Below are positions 56,818-64,000 of a stretch of 64,000 bases of DNA, piece after piece. The notes beneath the pieces are model-generated. The model had not been told where the DNA came from, made no database searches, and worked only from the letters and a program-made list of their open reading frames with translations. Position 1 is the first letter of the stretch, and each line of letters opens with the position of its first letter. The position numbers and the translations under genes were made by a program. Source of the stretch: Cladosporium halotolerans (Eukaryota); the NCBI RefSeq assembly GCF_011745625.1, contig NW_027191469.1, positions 186,001 through 250,000 of the forward strand, read 5' to 3'.

Positions 56818-59055
56818 TCAGGAAAAATCCTCGTCAGCCTGTCCTTGCTGCTGCTGATGTTCATCCGAAGCGGCACCCTGATGTCTCCCGTCGTCTGCAG
56901 CCGAAGGTGCGGGAGGAGCTTGCATCTCAGCCAGGTAAGCCTTGACGACGTCGGATTCCGCGAGCTCGAGTTTCTGGTTCGATCGCGAAAAGTCGTCAGC
57001 AAATTGCATGCGGGCGCAATGGAGCTAGAGAATTCTGCGGCTTGCGATGGAAGAAAGGGTGGAAGGAAGGTAAGCTCGCGGGCTGCGTCTGGACTCGTGG
57101 CCGGCAAGCCTCGTACTGAGTGTCTGCAAGCCTGCAAGCCACCCACAGCCTGTCGTGCCGCAGGGATCCTGCAGGACTGGGGTAGGGATTGTAGATGTGA
57201 TGCAGTCAGACCAGATCGTCCGCTCGGCCGACGTCTTCCGGTACAGGCGTTGGCAAGCTGGAGATGCTGGAGGATGCTGACGGCGCGTGCGAGAGATTGT
57301 CGAGGCGCGTGCACTGAAACGCATGGAATGCACTCAATGCTCGCCAGACGCAAGCCGCGCGAAAGTAAAGCAAAACGAAGCAAAGCAAAACAAGACAAAC
57401 CAAAACGAAACAGTAACAGAAACGAAGAAATCAAACTCACCTGCCTCTCAAAATCCTCATAAGCCCTCTCCATCAACTCAAACTCCAGCCTCCTCAACGC
57501 CATCGCCTGCTCATAGACCTCCCTCCTAACCTCCGTCTCCTCCCCACACTCCGTCCCCTCCAACTCCTCCTGCGAAGCATACAGCACCTGCATCTGATCA
57601 AAAACCCTCTGCTGCAGAATCATCACCGCGCGCAACCTATACACCTCCCACAACCGACTCTTCCCCAACAGCGCATAAAGCCGCGGCGCACCGCCCTCGA
57701 GCTCCTCCCCCTTCCAGAACCCCCTCACCTCCTCCTCGCCCTCCACCGTCCGCGCAACCTCAAAGCTCAACCCGTCCTCCGGCCCAACGCAAAGCAGCCA
57801 AACAAACTCCCCCGTCCAATCCACCTCCCCATCGCCCGCATCGACAATCTTGAACCCCGGCGCGCAGCCCGCGACCTCCCTCTTCGCAGCGCCCAGCGCG
57901 TCCCCCGCCGGCAGCGCGAGGCTCAGGAAGAGCGTCTCGGCGCTCTGCATCCGCGCGTCCAGAAAGCCGTACGAGAACAGCATCTCGCACGCGCCCTTCT
58001 CGTCGCCGTACGAGATCGTCACTTCCTCGCCCCCCCGCACTTTCTTCCCGGGCCGCAGCGCGAGCACCGCGTTGCCCTCGCTGTCGACGTCGTAGACGGC
58101 CACGGTCTCCTCGTGCGCGGCGTGGTTCGCCAGGTCCACGCAGGGCACCATGCAGTGGCCGACGCGCGGGTAGTCGAGGGCCCGCGAGCGGTACATTGCG
58201 TCGGCTTGCAGCCAGTCGTCTAAGGTCAGGCGGTCGCCGACGAGGCGGTGCCAGCGGGTGGAGGCGGCGAGGGTGGTGAGGAGGGCGTGTTCGCGGCGGA
58301 GGGAGGCGAGTTTGCTGGTTGTGGCGGGGAGGAGAGTGGTGCCTGTTAGGAGGCGGAGTTCGGGGGCGGTCCAGAAGGTGGGGAGATTTTCGAGGGGGAG
58401 GAATTTGACGTAGCTTGTTCTTGTCAGTTGGTTGGGTGATGTGAGGGAGGGGGAGGCGCACTCTGTGAAGGGGCTGTGGACGCCGAAGCGCTCCGGTAGG
58501 TCGGGGCAGGAGAGGGTGGCTTGGTAGAGGATGAAAGCTACGATGGCGCCGCGGGGCGTCTATGAGGAAATGGGAGGATCAGCTTGGGTACTGATATGGT
58601 ATGTGAAGTTGGTGGCGGTGGAGGCAGTCAGAGGGTGGAAAATGATATTACCTCGTGACCCATGAGATTACGCTGTTCATAGAGAAAATATTACTACTGC
58701 CGAACAGGCTTGATATGGAAGGACAGAGAAGATCTCGATGTGAAAGAAACAGGAAAATGCCACCTACTCTGCCAAAATCACCTAGACTCTCCAGCAACTC
58801 TCTGAAGTCGCGGTCTACCTTCGCTTGCTCGTGCACCTGCTCCTGCGACAGGATCAGATCCTTCGGCACGGTGAGCAAGCACTCTGCGCCTTCAGCAGAG
58901 TTCTCGACATCCTTGGACGCCAACAGTGCAGAGCCTCTGCCCTCGACATGTCCTTGTCGCACATCGTGGAAGCGCACGCCGTTCAGCTGCGTCCACGGAT
59001 GGAAAGCCTCAGGCGACAGCGAGAGCCAGCCCTGCGACTTTCCCTGACGGAGCAT
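56818..59055 (-). CDS. SET-domain protein-lysine methyltransferase (Rkm/Efm1/LSMT-like); exons 59055-58768, 58559-58462, 58413-57441, 56973-56818
   Basis: WTQLNGV, LLTVPKDLILS, YVKFLP..PTFW, MYRSRAL..MVPCVDLANHA, EEVTISYGDEKGACEMLFSYGF. The four-exon model is in frame (504 aa) and ends KLELAESDVVKAYL...EDFS. Confidence 0.82.
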
Positions 59056-60020
59056 GCTGCGGGCGTGGGATGGATGTAATTTGCGATTGTGACGATTGGT
59101 CTCGATGCGATCTGGTCTGGAGGGGGATCGTTCGATGAGGGAATGCGTTGGTGGTTTTTGCGCGGGCTGGAGAATCGACTGGTGACGTAGAGCGGGCGGA
59201 ATTCAGGGCGCTGGGCTGGACATGCTGCGATCGCTGGCGTTGGCTCGATGCGGCGACATGTCTCGACGTTCGCTGTCGCTTCGCGCGGCCGTCCAAGCTC
59301 GCGGTGCTGGCGTTGGCCTGTCAAGCAACGGCGGAGGAAGGCTGCCGAAAGCATTCGACGCCGATTTGCGGGGAGTGCCCGGGGCGAGGAGAGTGTTGTG
59401 TTTGTTGGTCGCAACAGCGCGTGTTTACCTTCCCTTAAGGCGGAGGTTTGTATACCTCCTGACGCTGGTGCAGGTATTGGCCAGGACGACGGCGGTCACG
59501 GGATATCTATAGCAGTGAGAGGGTGTAATATCACTAACTTATAATATCACCACGGCACGCGACTTCTGCAGCCCTCGCTCCCTCCCTGCCGCTGCCGTCT
59601 CCGCCTCCGTCGTTGCGCGCAGGACGTTCGTGGACGTTGGAAAGGGCAACCGGCTGATCCCGCCTGCCGTTTTGGCCCTGGTCGACGCCCGCGCACGGAC
59701 ACAACAACAAGCAAAGACGCATCCTCAAGTACGCCGGCGGCAGCTCTCTGCCGCTGCCACCACTCACCACCACCACATCCCCAGCCCAAGAACTCCCCGG
59801 CTGATCGAGAGGCGTTGCGGAGGCCTCGTCGCCTGCACTAACCACCCCGTCCCCAGCAGCATCCCGCTATTCTTTGCGCGCGCAAGCCTCCACCATCTCA
59901 TCCGCATTCTTCCCGGCGCACCCATCCTCCGCCCTCCAACACCACCTCGCACCACAGGCGCATTGGCCGTACGTCCTACAAACCACTCGCGCTATCCCAG
60001 AGAAGCGCAAAGAGGCTCCA

Positions 60021-62197
60021 ATGCCTCAATACTCGAGCTCGGCGGAAGCGCCTTCCACCACTAGCTATGGACAGGTGATCGAGTACATCGCTGGTGAGCC
60101 ACCTCAAACACGGGACGACTGCAGCACGACGGCATCAATTCGAACTGGTCGTCGATCGCTGCAGAGCCTGTCAACTGTTAACCCTGGAGAGCCTGTTTCT
60201 GACATTCTTATTCTTCACATTAAAGACCGCCTTTACCTCGCTTCGTACACCCACCAACCCGACGAGAACACACCCTTCCCATACCCCACCGCGAAGCAAT
60301 CGAGGTCGCCGAGCAAGAGATCGTCTAGGGCGCAGCAGGGGCCGCAGGCCGTGTCGCAAGAGAGGCCGCCGCCCATATACTTCACCATTGACAACAGCTT
60401 GTTGTACAATGCCTTCCACGCCGATTTCGGCCCTCTGCACATCGGACATCTGTACCGCTTTGCTGTGATGCTGCATGACGTCCTTGCGCAGCAGGATAGC
60501 GACAGCAGGCCTGTCGTATTCTGGAGCCATGCGGATTCAAGGAGTGAGTGATGTTGTTTTCCATCTCGTTTCATGAGCAGCATCTCTAACATCTTCAATC
60601 AGGCCGCGCCAACGCTGCATGCATTCTTGCTGTCTACATGGTCCTCATTCAATCGTGGCCTCCCCATCTTGCCCTTGCGCCTATCGCACAGATGGACCCG
60701 CCTTGCATGCCTTTCCGCGATGCTGGTTACAGCCAGGCAGACTACTCTCTGACCATTCAGGATGTGGTGTACGGTGTGTGGAAGGCGAAAGAGGAAAACC
60801 TCGTGGGCTTGAAGGAATTCAGCCTGGAGGAGTATGAGAGATTCGAAAGAGTCGATCAGGGTGACTTCAACTGGATCACACCCGACTTCCTCGCTTTCGC
60901 CAGCCCTCAACACAGGCCGACGACTGTCATTAAACCCACCGACCCGTTGTACGCAACCCTCCCGACTACCTTGTCGGCTCTTCACAAGGACAAGACCCTG
61001 CCCTCACCGTTCAAGAACGTGCTGAAGCACTTCGTGGAGCGTGACATTGGTCTTGTAGTGAGACTGAACTCGGAGCTTTACTCTGCTTCGCACTTTACCG
61101 CTCTTGGTATCAAGCATCTTGACATGATCTTCGACGACGGCACTTGCCCTCCGCTTAGCCTCGTCCGCAAGTTTGTGAACCTCGCACACGTCATGATCAA
61201 CGAGAAGAACAAGGGTATCGCCGTGCACTGCAAGGCTGGTCTTGGACGTACCGGCTGCCTCATCGGCGCCTACCTCATCTACCGCCACGGCTTCACCGCC
61301 AACGAGATGATCGCATTCATGCGCTTCATGAGACCGGGTATGGTCGTCGGACCCCAGCAGCACTGGCTGCACCTCAACCAGGGCACTTTCCGCGAGTGGT
61401 GGTACGAGGACACCATGAAGGAGAAGATCATGGCGTCTATGCAGATGCAGCCTTCAACGCCCAACCGTCTCTCGCAATCCAGCAGAAGGCTTGCGAGCAA
61501 CGGCCAGACCTTCACACCACCCAACGCCGACCGCGCGCAAACGAGCCCTCGTCGTGCCGCCCTAGGCGAGATCACCAACAACGAGCACGCGAACGCAAAC
61601 CAGCACTCTTACACATCAGAAGACGTCAAGCCTTCACGCGTCTCAGACGAGAACCTCCCTGCGCCTACACCAGGCCAGCCCCGCAAAACCAGCAAGCTGT
61701 ACAGCACTCGCAAGATGATGGCCGAGAACCAGCCCTTCGACATCAAGCCCGAATCTGAGGTCGTCACCATGCAGCGATCAACCGGCCCCATTGATAACGC
61801 CAGCGAAAGCGAAGAAGAGCAAACTCTCCGTGCTCTCGCCGCCCGCAAGTCCTCTCAATCACCTCAGCACAACGCCCTTACCCGCAGCGGAAAGCGTCGC
61901 GCAATCTCATGCACAACCACCACCACCACAACAACCAAGTGGGACGGTCTCACCGACACCAGCGACGGCGAGAACATGCGACCAGACGAGATTGAGCAGC
62001 GCCTTGCTTCTCCGACGCGTGCTCCCAAGACTCCTGGCGGTGCTCGTTCAGGCAATGGTGTTGGCACCCTCAGCGTCGGCAAGCGCTCTTCGCCCAGCCG
62101 TCGCAGCACAGAGGGCAAGACCAGCGTGCGAAAGACCAGCGGCCGTGTCGGCAGCATGGGTACGCAGGCGCTTAGCCGTTCCACCAGGGGCTTGTGA
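60021..62197 (+). CDS. CDC14: Dual-specificity phosphatase Cdc14; exons 60021-60093, 60226-60543, 60603-62197
   Basis: GQVIEYIA|DRLYL, YNAFHADFGPLHIGHLYRF, RANAAC, PFRDAG, GDFNWI, FDDGTCP and catalytic VHCKAGLGRTG. Confidence 0.95.
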
Positions 62198-62911
62198 GCG
62201 CCCTGAAACGGCACGATCGTCCGAAACCAGTCGGGCGAAGGCGTTGATTTTCTCTGATTGATTCACGACTAGCGAGCGGGCACGAATGGTTACGCTTTCC
62301 ATCTACCGCTGTCTGGGTTTTCCGTATTTTACTGGCATGGGGTTCTACGGTTACGGGGGAAAGGCCTGGAGTCCTTTCGGCGGCGCTCTATCCGCGAGCA
62401 CGGGGTTTTCTGCTCCTGGGGTTGTTTCTTGCTCTCCTCACGTTCTGTTTTTCGAGACTTCCTTTTTTGATTCCCTCCTTCCTGTCTCTTGTCTGGTTCT
62501 TTCGAGAGTCGGCAGGAACTGAGAAAGCGGCATGGCGCGAGCATTCGAATGTGCACTGCATTTTTGCGGGAGCTTTGGCTTCTTCGCTCATGGGTCGGTC
62601 GGTCAGCCAGACCCGGCACTGTATGTAAAGAGAACGACATCTGCATCCTGATGGCGTGCATTTGGGAGCGATTGCAGGCTTATGCATACTACACGAGAAA
62701 GACAAGCAAAATCTTCGAACTCGTTTTCTTGACGGTCCCCTCCCGTTTGGACGTAAAGCCCCACTTCATCATCAGTCTGTTTACCTCGGTGCTCTACTCT
62801 GCGGAGAGATGACATACCAATGGGTTCGCCCTTAATTAAGGATCAATCGTTTTTTATCGGTAAGACAGATTCACAAATCCTCTAACCCCAACATCAACGC
62901 GAACACCCAAA

Positions 62912-63817
62912 ATGATCGACTGCACAGTTCACCTCCTCTCCCTCGACTCCTCCCTCTCCTCCAAAGACGCCGCCACCCTCCTCTCAAAGGCACTCTCAAC
63001 ACCCACCACCACCAACCCACTCCTCGTAACCGGCATCCCGCACGGCTGGATCCACAAACCACACGTCCAAGACGCCGCCCTCCTCCTCGCGCACGACTGG
63101 CACCTCTTCGCCCTCACCTCTCCTCCCCCAAACACACCACTAAACCTCACCGCAACAAACAACTCCATCCTCGCACACGCCACAATCGCCATCTCCATCC
63201 CCGAAACCCAATACACCGCCCTCCTCACCACCCGCAACTCACCCCCAACCCCCCTCCCAACAACCCCTCCGCTCCCCGCAGCCTGGCACAACCCCCAAAC
63301 CAACACCCTCTCCATCCCTCCAAGCGCCATCGCCCCAAAAACAACAACAAATCCGACAAGCACCACACGCCCCGCTCCCGGAACTCTCAACCTCGACAGC
63401 GAAATGGCCTCCTTCCTCTCCTCCCTCCTCCCCTCCCCCGCCTCTCAAACCCCCATAAGCCTCTTCAATCTCTTCCAGTACGCCCGCGCAGACTCCACGA
63501 CCCACGACGCCTACATGTCCCAGTTCAAATCCACGTTCGGCGACTCCGCCGGCGCGAGCGTCAAGTTCATGGGGCCCGTGAAATCGCCCCTGGCCCTCTC
63601 CGTCTCCCCTCCGTCGTCCTCTGAGGGCGAGGGTCAAAACCAGGCTGCGCGGGGCCAGGGCTGGCAGGACGCGAACCTGGTGCAGTACGACAGTGTCTGG
63701 CACTACGCTTGGATGCTTTCGACGGGGGAGTATGCGGAGCTGAATCGCGGGAAGGTGGAAGGGTTGGCGGATACGGGCATTTTGGGGGTGGGGGAGTGGG
63801 AGGTTTGGGGGCTGTGA
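62912..63817 (+). CDS. Uncharacterised protein with a DUF1330-like dimeric alpha/beta-barrel C-terminus
   Basis: PISLFNLFQY...YMSQFKSTFGDSAGASVKFMGPV...WQDANLVQYDSVWHYAWMLSTGEYAELN...LADTGIL resembles a fungal DUF1330-like family. Confidence 0.6.
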   Translation: MIDCTVHLLSLDSSLSSKDAATLLSKALSTPTTTNPLLVTGIPHGWIHKPHVQDAALLLAHDWHLFALTSPPPNTPLNLTATNNSILAHATIAISIPETQYTALLTTRNSPPTPLPTTPPLPAAWHNPQTNTLSIPPSAIAPKTTTNPTSTTRPAPGTLNLDSEMASFLSSLLPSPASQTPISLFNLFQYARADSTTHDAYMSQFKSTFGDSAGASVKFMGPVKSPLALSVSPPSSSEGEGQNQAARGQGWQDANLVQYDSVWHYAWMLSTGEYAELNRGKVEGLADTGILGVGEWEVWGL

Positions 63818-64000
63818 TGACCTCGAGGGTTCCAGTTGACTGGGGAGGGGAAGAGGCGGGGGACGGGGAGGGTTCATGTGATATACGGTCCTGGATGATC
63901 ACGGGCGACAACGAACACGTCGGATTCGAGGTCCTGCGGCAACGAGTTTCGACGAGGCTGATGTTTTCAAGTTCGAGAACATTGCATTGAGGCCTGGAAA

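Overview
Eukaryotic, gene-dense DNA from a filamentous ascomycete. Short GT-AG introns with CTRAC-type branch points and the gene content suggest Pezizomycotina, probably a Dothideomycete (inferred). I can support about 26 protein-coding genes. Recognisable ones: a partial AKAP7-like 2H phosphoesterase, GET2, head-to-head mitoribosomal MRP49 and MRPL24, a Y-family DNA polymerase, GYP5-like Rab-GAP, NTH1/NTG1 glycosylase, a Rossmann-fold protein, RIB1, an F-box-like protein, a DUF1771-Smr protein with a CaaX box, a ring-cleavage-type VOC dioxygenase, SREBP (SrbA/Sre1), an AhpC/TSA-like protein, COX24, a LIM protein, GPI11, FacB, a SET-domain methyltransferase, CDC14 and a DUF1330-like protein. 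There are also several low-complexity orphans and a U4 spliceosomal snRNA that the ORF track cannot show. I found no CRISPR array, tRNA, rRNA or intact transposon. The most unusual signal is a 467-nt intron in the SET gene, which can fold into long-range helices and carries a U1-like sequence complementary to its own 5' splice site. Other points: in-frame stop-free introns, Puf-type 3' UTR elements on both mitoribosomal genes, a prenylatable Smr nuclease, a cluster of three orphans including a Q/Y prion-like protein, a degenerate tandem duplication and a possible RIP-inactivated gene relic. Exon models were built by hand and checked for frame; family calls come from motif recognition, not database searches.
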